From the NCBI RefSeq assembly GCF_006345805.1, contig NC_042998.1:8928001-8992000 (forward strand): a stretch of DNA of 64,000 bases, written 5' to 3'. Position numbers and translations under genes: made by a program. Every line of letters begins with the position of its first letter. Within the stretch, counting starts at the first letter, position 1. This document shows, piece after piece, positions 32,885-44,974 of the stretch. The DNA comes from Octopus sinensis (taxonomy: Eukaryota). The notes beneath the pieces are model-generated. The model did no database searches, had not been told where the DNA came from, and worked only from the letters and a program-made list of their open reading frames with translations.

Positions 32885-35035
32885 TGGTGCTGGTGCCATG
32901 TAAAAAAACACTAGTTCTGGTACCACATAAAAAAAGCCCTGGTGCTGGTACCACATAAAAAGGCCCTGGTGATGGTACCACATAAAAAAAGTCCTGGTGC
33001 TGGTACCACATAAAAATGGCCCTGGTGCTGGTACCACTTAAAAAAGGCCCTGGTGCTGGTACCACATAAAAAAGGCCCTGGTGCTGGTACCACATAAAAA
33101 AGGCCTTGGTGCTGGTACCACATAAAAATGGCCCTGGTGCTGGTACCACATAAAAATGGCCCTGGTGCTGGTACCACATAAAAAAGCACTGGTGCTGGTA
33201 CCACATAAAGGCCCTGGTGCTGGTACCACATAAAAATGCCCTGGTGCTGGTACCACATAAAAAGCCCTGGTGCTGGTACCAGATAAAAGGCCCTGGTGAT
33301 GGTACCACATAAAAAAAGCCCTGGTGATGGTACCACATAAAAAAGACCTGGTGCTGGTACCACATAAAAAGCACTGGTGTTGGTTCCACATAAAAAAGGC
33401 CCTGGTTCTGGTACCACATAAAAAAGCCCTGGTGATGGTACCACATAAAAAGACCTGGTGCTGGTAACCACATAAAAAGCACTGGTGTTGGTTCCACATA
33501 AAAAGGCCCTGGTTTCTGGTACCACATAAAAAAAGCCCTGGTGATGGTACCACATAAAAAAGACCTGGTGCTGGTACCACATAAAAGCACTGGTGTTGGT
33601 TCCACATAAAAAAGGCCCTGGTTCTGGTACCACATAAAAAAAGCCCTGGTGATGGTACCACATAAAAAGCACTGGTGTTGGTTCCACATAAAAAAGGCCC
33701 TGGTTCTGGTACCACATAAAAAAGCACTGCTGATGGTACCACATAAAAAGCACTGGTGTTGGTTCCACATAAAAAGCACTGGTGTTGGTTCCACATAAAA
33801 AAGGACCTGGTTCTGGTACCACATAAAAAGCACTGCTGATGGTACCACAAAAAAGCACTGGTGTTGGTTCCACATAAAAGCACTGGTGTTGGTTCCACAT
33901 AAAAAGCACTGGTGTTGGTTCCACATAAAAAAGCCCTGGTGCTGGTACCACATAAAATGGCCCTGGTGCTGGTACCACATAAAAAAGCCCTGGTGCTGGT
34001 ACCAGATAAAAAGGCCCTGGTGATGGTACCACATAAAAAAAAAGCCCTGGTGATGGTACCACATAAAAAAGACCTGGTGCTGGTACCACATAAACACTGG
34101 TGTTGTGTTCCACATAAAAAAGGCCCTGGTTCTGGTACCACATAAAAAAAGCCCTGGTGATGGTACCACATAAAAAAGACCTGGTGCTGGTACCACATAA
34201 AAAGCACTGGTGTTGGTTCCACATAAAAAGGCCCTGGTTCTGGTACCACATAAAAAAAGCCCTGGTGATGGTACCACATAAAAAAGACCTGGTGCTGGTA
34301 CCACATAAAAAGCACTGGTGTTGGTTCCACATAAAAAAGGGCCTGGTTCTTGTACCACATAAAAAAAGCCCTGTGATGGTACCACATAAAAAGCACTGGT
34401 GTTGGTTCCACATAAAAAAGGCCCTGGTTCTGGTACCACATAAAAAAGCACTGCTGATGGTACCACATAAAAAGCACTGGTGTTGGTTCCACATAAAAAG
34501 CACTGGTGTTGGTTCCACATAAAAAAGACCTGGTTGGCTGGTACCACATAAAAAAGCACTGCTGATGGTACCACATAAAAAGCACTGGTGTTGGTTCCAC
34601 ATAAAAAGCACTGGTGTTGGTTCCACATAAAAAAGACCTGGTGCTGGTTCCACATAAAAAGCACTGGTGTTGGTTCCACATAAAAAAGGACCTGGTGCTG
34701 GTACCACATAAAAAGCACTGGTGTTGGTTCCACATAAAAAGCACTGGTGTTGGTTCCACATAAAAAAGGACCTGGTTCTGGTACCACATAAAAAAGCACT
34801 GCTGATGGTACCACATAAAAAGCACTGGTGTTGGTTCCACATAAAAAGCACTGGTGTTGGTTCCACATAAAAAGCACTGGTGTTGGTTCCACATAAAAAG
34901 CACTGGTGTTGGTTCCACATAAAAAGCACTGGTGTTGGTTCCACATAAAAAGCACTGGTGTTGGTTCCACATAAAAAAGGACCTGGTTCTGGTACCACAT
35001 AAAAAAGCACTGCTGATGGTGCCAAGTAAAAAGCA
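32885..35035 (+). repeat. ~2.1-kb minisatellite of 26-29-bp units (CTGGTGCTGGTACCACATAAAAA-GC/GGCC)
   Basis: About 75-80 head-to-tail units in several variant classes; runs directly into a diverged RTE 3' tail at 35040-35205. Confidence 0.96.
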
Positions 35036-35310
35036 TTGATGTTAGGTAAAAGGCACCCAGTACACTCTGTAAAGTGATTGGCATTAGAAGGGCATTCAGC
35101 TACAGAAACCATGCCAAAACAGACTAAGGAACCTGGTCTTGCCGGCTCCTGTCAAATCATCCAACCCATGCCAGCATGGTAAAACAGATGTTAAATGATG
35201 TTGTTGTATATTAAGAACAAAGAAATGTCACAGTGGTTTGATATACTTTTTCGTTTACTAAGTCTTCAAATTGATACATTCATTTTTAAAAATTCGATTT
35301 CTTTCACTAG

Positions 35311-35528
35311 GATTTAAGGAAAACTGCAGCTAAGTTTGTTGCCGCCAAAAGCACTTTGGCTGCACGTGTTGATAGCTTCCATGAAAGTCAAGATGGTCAT
35401 GTTGGAGAAACTCTCAAAGCAGAAATTGAGCACAAATTGGACAAGTTGATGGAACCTCACAAATATAAACATGTCAAGCCATTACCTGCACCCATTGACC
35501 CCCCTCGCAAGAAGCGTGGTGGCCGCAG
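35311..35528 (+). CDS. PRPF31: PRPF31 coding exon 9 (human exons 9+10 fused)
   Basis: DLRKTAAKFVAAKSTLAARVDSFHES...KPLPAPIDPPRKKRGGR(R); 218 nt = 90+128. Confidence 0.98.
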
Positions 35529-35723
35529 GTAAGAAAAACATTTACATACGTACAACAATTTTGTGGGAATCTGGGCAGGGTGATTAAAATGGAAAATTGA
35601 TAATCTCTTTGAATCTAATTCTAACTTTCAAATTTGAATTAGATTTAATTAAAGAATTTAGTTAATATCTGTAAAATTCTATGAAATCTCTGTGGTATCC
35701 AACTGCACTTGTCGTCATTTATA

Positions 35724-36283
35724 CTGGGTTGTCCAGAAAGTTTGTGCCGATTTTTAAAGGAGAGAAAAGGTCAATAAACTTGCCGTTAATTTTTAATCAA
35801 CCATATTTGAACCATTTTGTTGCACAATGTGTCTCCATCTTTCCTTTAACTTGAAATACCCTCTTCCCAGAATTGAGGTGGTTTCATGGCAAAGAATTCA
35901 TCAAGGTATCTTTTTATGTCATCCAAGGAATTAAAATTTTTACCATTAAGACTATTCTGCAGAGACCTGAATAAGTGGAAATCCAAAGGAGCAATATCTG
36001 GTGAATATTGAGGGTGGTAACACATCCCAGCCGAGCTGCAGCAATTTTTGTCTGGTTCCCAAAGCATCAAGTACCGAAAATGAACTTTCTTAACTTCCAT
36101 TTAAAAGGGTTACAGAATTAACACTGGTTATAGGAACATAAACTTTCTTCCGCAAAAAGATAGCTTAAACTGTGCTCTAAGTGGAGGTGTAGTAAAATCC
36201 TATTTTATGGACTCAACCATGTTCTAAAATAAGTCGAAAGGTAAGCTACTATAAATCGGCATGAACTTTCCGGACACCCCCAA
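35724..36283 (-). mobile_element. Internally deleted mariner (DD34D-type) element
   Basis: ~30-bp TIRs (GGGTTGTCCAGAAAGTTTGTGCCGATTT / AAATCGGCATGAACTTTCCGGACACCCC), TA flanks. ORF 35846-36100 has HPQYSPDIAPLDFHLFRSLQNSL. Confidence 0.9.
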
Positions 36284-36443
36284 TACTAATCAATTCACAT
36301 TTATATACTGTGGAAACCAAAGGGTTTCCATTTAAATTTGCAAATATCTTCTTAAAACCAGGAGTACCATATTCAATTTTCATGCCAAAATTCAAGATAA
36401 AGAAGTGGAAATATTTGCAAGTGTCACATGACCAAAGTTTTAA

Positions 36444-37335
36444 CCCTTCAGCATAGAAATCCGCCATATCAAGCCCAAATACTCTACCTGCTTTTATGTT
36501 CTAACTGGCCAGATCTGGTGTCCCACCTCTACCCTACAATGTTGTTCTAAAAATGAACAATCGCATCATTAAATCTCAAAGCTATAAAATAATGCATAAT
36601 TATTCAAAACAATGAATAAATATGTATTACCAGTGGCGGCTTGTGTATAGGAGCTGCAGCAGCACCCCTATTTCCACTCGATATTATCGATAACATTCAA
36701 TATAATGCGTCCTTTTTTTCTTTAATTCTTTCTTTATATTTGTACATTATACAATCCTTAAGTTTAATGTCAGTAGCCATCCCCTAGTTTATGAAAAAAA
36801 AAAAAAAACCCTGTATAGAACTCTGCGATTCACAGTTCCAGTGATGCGGTGTTTGGCTGTTGTGCGCATGCTCACATGTCCAAGATAGAAAGCTTCACAC
36901 TAGGGAGAAGAGCACTGCGTGAATGACAGTGCCAGGCGGAAGGTACATGTTGTGCTTAAACACGTATTTATATTCTTGAATGTGATAAAGTGTAGAATTA
37001 GATTATTAACCTGCTTCCAACTTCAATGTTGCTGCCAGGATTTGAAAAAGGGCACATTTCCCCACCCCCTTATTTTGTGATTTAGTTGGGATTTTTGAAA
37101 AACAAGGGGGAATTCACGGCAGTGTTCAGTGAACAAATTAAACACACTACTCAGCAGTGGCTAAAATACAAACCATTCAAATTTATGTGTAAATTTTCTT
37201 TTTATATGTTTGTTTCCTTTTATACAGTATTAAAACAAAGGCTAAAAACTTTCTGAAGCAGCACCCCAACTAATTTTATCTATGAACCGCAACTGAGTTT
37301 AATATTTGACAGAGTAAACTGAACACTAAAGCTTT
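36444..37335. mobile_element. piggyBac-type MITE interrupted by a CAGTGGCGG-terminated (hAT-like) element at 36631-37295
   Basis: The left part matches the 15345 MITE and resumes at ~37296 (TTTGACAGAGTAAACTGAACACTAAAG). The insert has imperfect TIRs CAGTGGCGGCTTGTG / GAACCGCAACTG. Confidence 0.65.
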
Positions 37336-38366
37336 TAATCAGTATGTTTTCTGCCTAAGATAAATCTGTACACATTTCAAAGTGATGCAGTGAAAGCCAT
37401 GGTCAAGCTTGTTAATTACTGCTGTATGTTACTATACTTAACAAAAAAGATTTGACAATTATATGAAGGTAGTTATGATTTATGGATGATGCCATTATAA
37501 AAATTGAGGTAAATTGCTTGAAATCTTAAAATTGATCTGATGCTATGTGTGAGATATCATCCAAAGCATAAAGGGACATAACCAAATGCCATAAGATGTT
37601 TTGTCAGATGTTCTGTGTTTCAATATAGGCACTGAACCTCTTATCTGGCAGCCTTGATTGAGACCAGAGTTGGTCCGAATTCAGGTCACAGGCTAAATAT
37701 ATACAGAAAATATAAAATAAACTACGAAAAGTAAATTTAAAAAATTGCATAGCAGACAAATTATACATTTTTAAAGTAGGGTTTGTTTGATCTTTATTAA
37801 GCCACTTAAAATTCTTAAAACTCTTAAATATAGAATACTGTACTATGTATATATATAGTTGAATTACTACAGTCCACAAAATTCAAAGCTAACCAGTTCC
37901 AAAAATAGCCAGATTTCTGATAATTCTGGATTTCTGGATTCCAGATAAGAGGTTCGGTATTTGTATTTCTGAAGTATTGTGTTAAACTTATTATAAAAAT
38001 TATATTTTGTTAGTTATTTTCTATTCTGTTGTAAAAGAAGTCAACAGCCAAGTGAACTATAACTGTTTCAGTATTTGGCAGGCAGAGTTCATATTATTTA
38101 AGCTACATCACTTTTGTCCTTCGAGAAGTTTTGAATGTCTCAACTTGCTTTCCTCTCTACCCATAGTATCATAATTGAAGTAAGAAACACTTAGTTCATA
38201 TTAAATTATAAAGGAAACGAAAGTCAAGCAAATTCTGAAAAGCATGTTGATTTGTCTGTTTAAAGACTGCATTATAAATTTTTCAATCTTTACACTCTAT
38301 CTTCTAATGAAGCCATTTTCTCTTTCCTTGTATTGTTATCAAATGTTTTACATATTTACTTTACAG

Positions 38367-38439
38367 AGCAAGAAAAATGAAAGAGCGTCTTGGACTAACA
38401 GAGATAAGGAAACTTGGTAACAGAATGAATTTTGGTGAA
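38367..38439 (+). CDS. PRPF31: PRPF31 coding exon 10
   Basis: (R)ARKMKERLGLTEIRKLGNRMNFGE; 73 nt, as human exon 11; GTGAGT donor. Confidence 0.98.
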
Positions 38440-38632
38440 GTGAGTTTCATTTAGTACTTTTGCATTGTATTTTTAAGTGGGTGTTTTGGTCAACTCAAAG
38501 TTTAATAATCATTCTTTTTCTTGTTTTCCATTGTTTATTTATTTATTTTGTGTGTGTGTGTGTGATAGCCTTGATAGAAGCAGCACTTGTAATAAATTAC
38601 AAGTAAAAATTACCTGTAATAAATTACAAGTT

Positions 38633-38868
38633 AAGGCGGCGAGCTAGCAGAAACGTTAGCACACCAGGCAAAATGCTGAGCGGTATTTTGTCTGCCATTA
38701 CATTCTGAGTTCAAATTCCTCCGAGGTCGACTTTACCTTTCATCCTTTCAGGGTCGATTAAATAAGTACCAGTTACGCACTGGGGTCGATATAATCACTT
38801 AACTAATCCGTTTGTCTGTCCTTGTTTGTCCCTCTGTGTTTAGCCCCTTGTGGGCAATAAAGAAATAA
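38633..38868 (+). mobile_element. tRNA-derived SINE family B
   Basis: AAGGCGGCGAGCT head, B-box GAGTTCAAATTCC, central CCTTTCATCCTTTCAGGGTCGAT, AATAAAGAAATA tail; same family as 46314. Confidence 0.85.
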
Positions 38869-39284
38869 GTACTTGTAATAAATTTTAGACACATCTAAAC
38901 TCAGGAGCAAATCCCAGATTAGGAGATTTCAATGCTGTTTGGATTATTGAAATGGTCAGTGGAGAAAGTATTGATAGAAAAGGATCTCTAAAGGTGTGTA
39001 ATTCTGGGGAAGAAGATATTACAAATCATTATGAAGCAAGGATGCTGGAAGGTAAAAGCATTGTGCACCTTATTGGTCTAAGCGAGGCTGATTGATATGC
39101 AGTGTTGGCAAGTTTGGAAAACAATGGATTTTGTATGAGCAAAGCAGGTTTTTTCATTCGGTACTTATTCTAGTTATATTCTGCTTCTCATCAATTCTTT
39201 ACTAACATTCTCTGTCAATACAGGTTTTAATGGAAGTTTTCAATTTACCTTACATTGAGTTAAGTTTATTAATTGCACATGTCA

Positions 39285-39700
39285 AAAAAAAGCACCATCC
39301 GAACGTCATTAATGCCAAGTCCGCCTGACTGGCTCCTGTGCTGGTGGCATGTAAAAAGCACCATCTGAATGTGGTCAGTGTCAGGACCGCTTGACCTGGC
39401 TCCCGTGCCAGCGGCACATAAAAAGCAGCATCCCAATATGGTTGATGCCTCGTGGTGCGTAAAAAGCACTATTCGAACATGATCGATGCCAGGGCTGTGC
39501 CTAACTGGCTCCCATTCCACCAGCACGTAAATGCTCCCACTACACTGTCAGAGTAGTTGACATTAGGAAGGGCATCTTGCTGTAGAAATATTGCCAGACC
39601 AGACTGGAGCCTGGTGCACATGCTGGCTCTCCAGACCTCAGTCGAACCATCCAACCCATGCCAGCATGGAAAACGGACATTAAACAATGATGATGATGAT
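39285..39700 (+). mobile_element. Diverged RTE 3'UTR fragment
   Basis: GTGGCA repeats, CCCACTACACT, AGGAAGGGCATC, CCATGCCAGCATGG, (GAT)n. Confidence 0.8.
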
Positions 39701-40230
39701 GTCGAAAGTCATGCATATTTTATTACTTTCCACACTGACATTTTTCAGTTTTATTTTAAGAGATTTTCTAAACAAATTATATTATGTATTAGCAAGTGTT
39801 AAAGATATTGGGGGAAAATTTTAAACAAACAAGATTACATGTTTAGTAACGAGAAAAACAAATCAGTAACTAAATGGGTAATTCTAATTAGGAGGCAAAT
39901 CTAGAATATTAAGTTTAAATATTTGGAAACAAAGTAGAGCGAGAAGTAAGTCTAGTCTTACAAATATATTAACTCTTTTGATGTCATTCTACCTAAATTG
40001 CTGCTGATTCTATTACACAAACTGTTTTAAGGTGTTCGTATTTATATCACAATTTTGAATAAAAAGAATTTATGTAAGAACATTCTCTTTATGTTCAAAA
40101 TATTTGACTTAATCATGAAAAAAATTGACTAAAACCCTTTAAATTGTTGATTATATTCAAATTATTTGAAACACATAACTAGTATATTTCATGAAAGGTT
40201 TAAGTTATAGATGCTTTTTATTAATGTTGT

Positions 40231-40437
40231 TGTATTTAGGAATGGTCATTTTGCCAGTTTTCCAATAAAAATACATGCACTAACTGATGAGGTCACAGAA
40301 GTGTGACGAAAGAACTCTGGCCGAAATAAGATTAAGATTAATGTAAAAAATAAATAAAGCTGAAGCAAAGTAACACCAAATATATAGTGCATGTGTTTTC
40401 ATTGGCTAAACTGGCAAAATGACCATTCCGAAATACA
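40231..40437. mobile_element. Inverted-repeat-bounded cassette with degenerate hammerhead-like core (Penelope-like remnant)
   Basis: ~52-bp inverted arms 40231-40282 / 40385-40437 enclose CTGATGA-G-GTCACA-GAAG-TGTGAC-GAAA (40284-40311). Confidence 0.55.
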
Positions 40438-40926
40438 TGTTTCAACACACGATTTCACATCAAGAATCTTGCAAAACAAATATATTAACGTTGCTTTTTA
40501 TTAAGTTTATTAATAAATAGATAAGAATTTCTAATTATCTGAGATGGTTTCATTTTCCATTGCATACGTCATTGTTTCAGACACATTTTATCTCCCTCAC
40601 CAAAACATCATCAAACAGCATAATCCATTTTCCATTCCTTTTAAGTAAACCATCTAGTTTTCCTTCTATTTTCTTCTCTATAAGTGATACATCTAATATT
40701 TGGAACAACAGCTTTTTTCTGTAAATGTTCCTGTTATAGACTCAAAAATTCTAAGTTCATCATCATCGTTTAACGTCTGCTTTCCATGCTAACATGGGTT
40801 GGACGATTTTGACTGAGGGCTGGCAAACCAGATGGCTGCACCAGGCTCCAATCTTGATTTGGCAGAGTTTCTACAGCTGTTATACTTGCATAAAGTGTAA
40901 CAGCAATGCTTATATGATCCCCCCCC

Positions 40927-41883
40927 CTCCTGTTTGTGGCATACATTAATGACATAGATGCCAATTTAAAGAATGCCACAGTATTGAAATATGCAGACGA
41001 CATCAAGCTGTACCTTGAAATCAAGAGGACTGATCCTGATGTCTACAACTCTTTCCTGCAATCAGACCTAGACACAATGCAGCAATGGATCACAGACTGG
41101 CAACTGAAACTGGCTGTGGACAAGTGTACCACCATGCATTTTGGGAGAAAAAACCCTGTGTCCACATACTCCCTCCACAACACTGATATCAAGAAATCCT
41201 CTTGCGAGGTGACCTAGGCATCACTGTCAGCAGTGATTTGTGTTGGACAAAGCATATCTCTAAAATTGTCAAGAAGGCCGAGGGTGTCTTGGCATCACTC
41301 AGCAAGACTTTTGTTAGCCGCTCTCCAGCCATCTATTTAAAACTGTATACAGCTATGGTACGACCACACTTGGAATTCGCATCATCACTCTTGGAACCCC
41401 TATATCTTGCTCAGAACATTGACCTCCTGGAATCTGTCCAGAGACGTGCAACCAAACGCATACCCTCCATCAGACACCTACCATATTCTGAGCGCCTTGT
41501 TTCCCTGGGCATGGATTCACTGAAGCTTCGGCGTCTGGCGATGGACTTGGTAAACACCCACAAAGTTATCAACCACCTCACCAACAACAACACTGAACAC
41601 CTTTTTGATCTCCATGTGTCTAACACACGTGGACATGCCTACAAAGTCAGAAAACGACACAGCTCCCATGACTTTCGAAACATTTTTTCACGCTCAGAGT
41701 TGCTGAAGCATGGAATAAACTGCCTGCGTCAGTTGTTGACTGCCATGACACTGCATCCTTTAAGGCCCTCATGCTTTCCGAAATCCGCCGAAACTACACC
41801 TGATTATATATACACTTTAGATGAGTTGTAGTGCACCTGAGCACTGTACACAATTATTATTATTATTATTATTATTATTATAA
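40927..41883 (+). mobile_element. 5'-truncated CR1 LINE
   Basis: ORFs 40936-41217 (KYADD) and 41202-41831 are near-identical to 888-2278; (TTA)n tail. Confidence 0.92.
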
Positions 41884-42267
41884 TCAATATCATCATCAGA
41901 CATTCTACTTCTACTAAAATAGCCTCTGTTCTTCGAGATTGGTGGATCTTGTATCTCTGCCATTCAGACACTCTCCACCCATTCATTTCACCCTCACATT
42001 AATTTGTCCTGTTCAAACCTCCTCTCCTCACTCCAGCCAGGCCTCACACTAACAACTATTCCCAGTCCTTCATCCCCAGAACATGGCTGTCTGTCATCTC
42101 CCTGCTCACGTTTTCCTGGCAGGTGTCAACTTGGCATCAATGTCACCAGTTTCAGAGTACTTGCAGAGGCCACAAGGCCTACCCTTACCTCCAGACCCTG
42201 CAAATAAAAACAAAAAAATATTCTTTCATAAGCATTTCAGATTAGATTCCAATCCAAATGCTGACTG

Positions 42268-42833
42268 TCATCATCATCATCATCATTTAACGTCTGTTCT
42301 CCATGCTAGCATGGGTTGGATGGTTCAACCGGGGATCTGGGAAGCCAGGAGGCTGCACCAGGCTCCAGTCTTATCTGGCAATGTTTCTACAGCTGGATGC
42401 CTTCCTAACGCCAACCACTCCGTGAGTGTAGTGGGTGCTTTTTACGTGCCACTGCACTGTGCCAGGGGAGGCTGGCATCGGCCACGGTCGGATTGGTGCA
42501 TTTTACGTGCCACCGGCACGGAAGCCAGTCAAGGAGGCGCTGGCATCGGCCATGAGTCGGATAGTGCTTTTTACGTACCACCAGTCCAGGGGTCCTGTCA
42601 TCTGCCGGTGCCAGTCATAGGATTGGTTCAATTCGATTTCGATTTCACTTGCCCCCAACATGTCTTCTTCGCAAGCAAAGGGGGTTGGCATGGGTGGCCT
42701 GTCGTCGGATGAGGTTCTATATCGACTTCGCTTGCCTCAGCAGGTTTTTGTGTCCAAGGGAGGAAAGGCATGCATAAGTGGCTGGGCTCACTTGTCCTGC
42801 CTGTCTTTTCTCACGTACAGCATATTTCCAAAG
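42268..42833 (-). mobile_element. 5'-truncated RTE 3'UTR copy
   Basis: Closely matches 8588-9290 and the reverse complement of 6636-7198. Confidence 0.88.
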
Positions 42834-43409
42834 GCATAAAGTAATACATTTAGAAACCCATATGATTGTATCTAGTTAGAGAGCTGCTGAAAAGTTCAAG
42901 GTTGCAAGAAGAGGCAATTGAACTTGTATTGAATATGTAACAATTAAATGAGATACTTGGTAGCTGAGAAGTGCTCTGGATTGGCAGTGGAAGTTTGGCA
43001 TACTAGAATTAGACCGAGTAAGACACAGAAAGAAGTGATGAGGTTATTTAAGGCCTGAGAACAGGCCTTTCCCTTGATTCTGCATCATGTTGTCTTATAG
43101 ATGAGACAACATGACACAGATTCAAGGGAAAAGGAAATGTATGTTGCAAATGTACTCGATTCTTGAGTGCCACCTGTCAGCAAGAATAAAAAGGGCAGAC
43201 CATTCGGCAACAGACATTTCAAGATGACCTGAAGACATTCAGCATTGCATAGAATGGATGTACAAGAGCAGCAGTGAAGAAAGCTTGCTGCACTTTGTGC
43301 CGAGCAATGCAAGAAGAGGACTTGAAGCCAAAGCTTTCTATGATGGAAACACATGATGATAACGATGCCAACAGCAGTGACAATTTCTTCACTAATTAAA
43401 ATTACTTAA

Positions 43410-43611
43410 CCTTTTGTTACTGTATTTCTATTGAGATGCTCTGTGTTTCTTTCAATTACTTGAAATATAACAAAGAAATTAGTAAAATACTTGGTTATCA
43501 TTCAGCTAGTGTTAGGAACATAAATTGTGATTAAAGTCTGGTGAAGATTATGAAAACAAGACATTTGTACTCAGAGTCAGAGCCGGTTTCAGCCGGTTGG
43601 TAACGAAAGGG
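43410..43611. mobile_element. Second piggyBac-type MITE family
   Basis: TTAA|CCTTTTGTTAC...GTAACGAAAGGG|TTAA. Confidence 0.75.
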
Positions 43612-44314
43612 TTAATGTTTTTTTTCTTTTATTCTTTTTGTCACTAACTTTTCATTTATGAAACTAATGGCATTCAAAATAGGCTCTGGTTGATGATATA
43701 GCTCGCTATTGTTGCAATGCTGGTTAGTTCTTCATACGTTATAGTTTCCATGGTATTTGATGCATGATACACCAGAATGGTTCCTTGTCATCTCCAATAC
43801 ATTGAAACCTTAAGAATTACAGACAGTCATTGTTCTGTTCTGTTGTTCTATTTTCAAGAGGCTTCACATAGTAAACTGAGATGGAAGAGAATAGCTTTAA
43901 CTGGGAGCATACTTAGCTCCACTTGAAACTTCATTTTTGCTCTTTACTGCACACTTATTTTTTAGTGCTGTTTATTGCTAATAAGTGGAAGCAGGCTTGT
44001 GTGTAAAATTTTGCTTCCCAACCACATGGATCCTGGTTCAATCCCACTGTGTGGCACCGGGGCATACCTTGGGCCAATCAAATCCTTGTCAGTGGATTTG
44101 GTAGATGAAAACTGTAAGAAATCTTGACCACGTGTGTACCGTTGGCGATTTTTCCCTCTGTCTTCCCTTCTCTGGATCTTTCCTTTTCCTATGTTTCCCG
44201 ACGAAGAGCTCCGCTCAAACATTAAAACCCTCCTTCTTTCCTTCTTTCCTGAGCATCCATAACACTATGCTTGTTCCACGTCCTCGCGTTGTTGTGTTTT
44301 CATGTTTTGGATTA

Positions 44315-44371
<57 letters not shown>

Positions 44372-44373
<2 letters not shown>

Positions 44374-44772
44374 CTAGCAGTATCGCCCGCGTTGCTTGGG
44401 TTTGTAAGGGAAATAACTATATAAGCATTTTTAGAGAGTTATAGCCAAAAATAGCAAAAAATGCATTAAAAATGGAAAAAAAATTATGGTAAATTTTTTT
44501 TTAATAATCGTTGACTCATCGTAGACATTTTTAGAGAGTTACTTCCCTTATATAATAGTGAAAAAATACATTAAAATGGAAAAAAAATGATGGTAATTTT
44601 TTTTTTTAAATCGTAGACTCATCGTAGACACGCTCTAATACCCAGAAGGGCTCGATATGAATCACGACTATAAGATACCCGGTTTTGGTTAAACTGCACC
44701 ACAAAATGTGGAGTAGTTAGGAATCTAAATCGTAGGAGACAGACACACAACTTCACTTTTATATATAAAGAT
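44372..44772 (+). mobile_element. Non-autonomous Helitron/Helentron-like element
   Basis: Starts TACTAGCAG...CCCGCGTTGC, has an internal ~110-bp direct repeat, and ends GGAGACAGACACACAAC-TTCACTTTTATATATAAAGAT; inserted in (TA)n. Classification by resemblance only. Confidence 0.55.
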
Positions 44773-44793
44773 ATAAATATAAAATATAAGTTC

Positions 44794-44974
44794 AAATTCT
44801 ATAATTATGAGTATAATTATAATTAGGGTTCAACAAAATTGCTTCATTCACACCACATACCTGTCTGGGAGATATCTTATGATAGTAAAATAGTAGTTTA
44901 ACTGCTAAATGTCAGTATGTGGTGAAACAATTTTGCTGAACCCTAATTATATTATACTCATAATTATAGAATTT
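44794..44974. mobile_element. MITE-like foldback element
   Basis: ~55-bp inverted arms (AAATTCTATAATTATGAGTATAAT...TTAGGGTTCAACAAAATTG and reverse complement) plus inner CACCACATAC/GTATGTGGTG. Confidence 0.8.

Noticed and set aside
32885-35035. CRISPR-like array (short palindromic TGGTACCA repeats)
   Set aside because: Units are contiguous with no unique spacers, there are no cas genes, and the context is a eukaryotic intron.
32868-35112. Three overlapping - strand ORFs of 644-738 aa
   Set aside because: They translate the minisatellite, whose unit lacks - strand stop codons in any frame. Homopolymer slips shuffle the same three peptides, and there is no domain signal.
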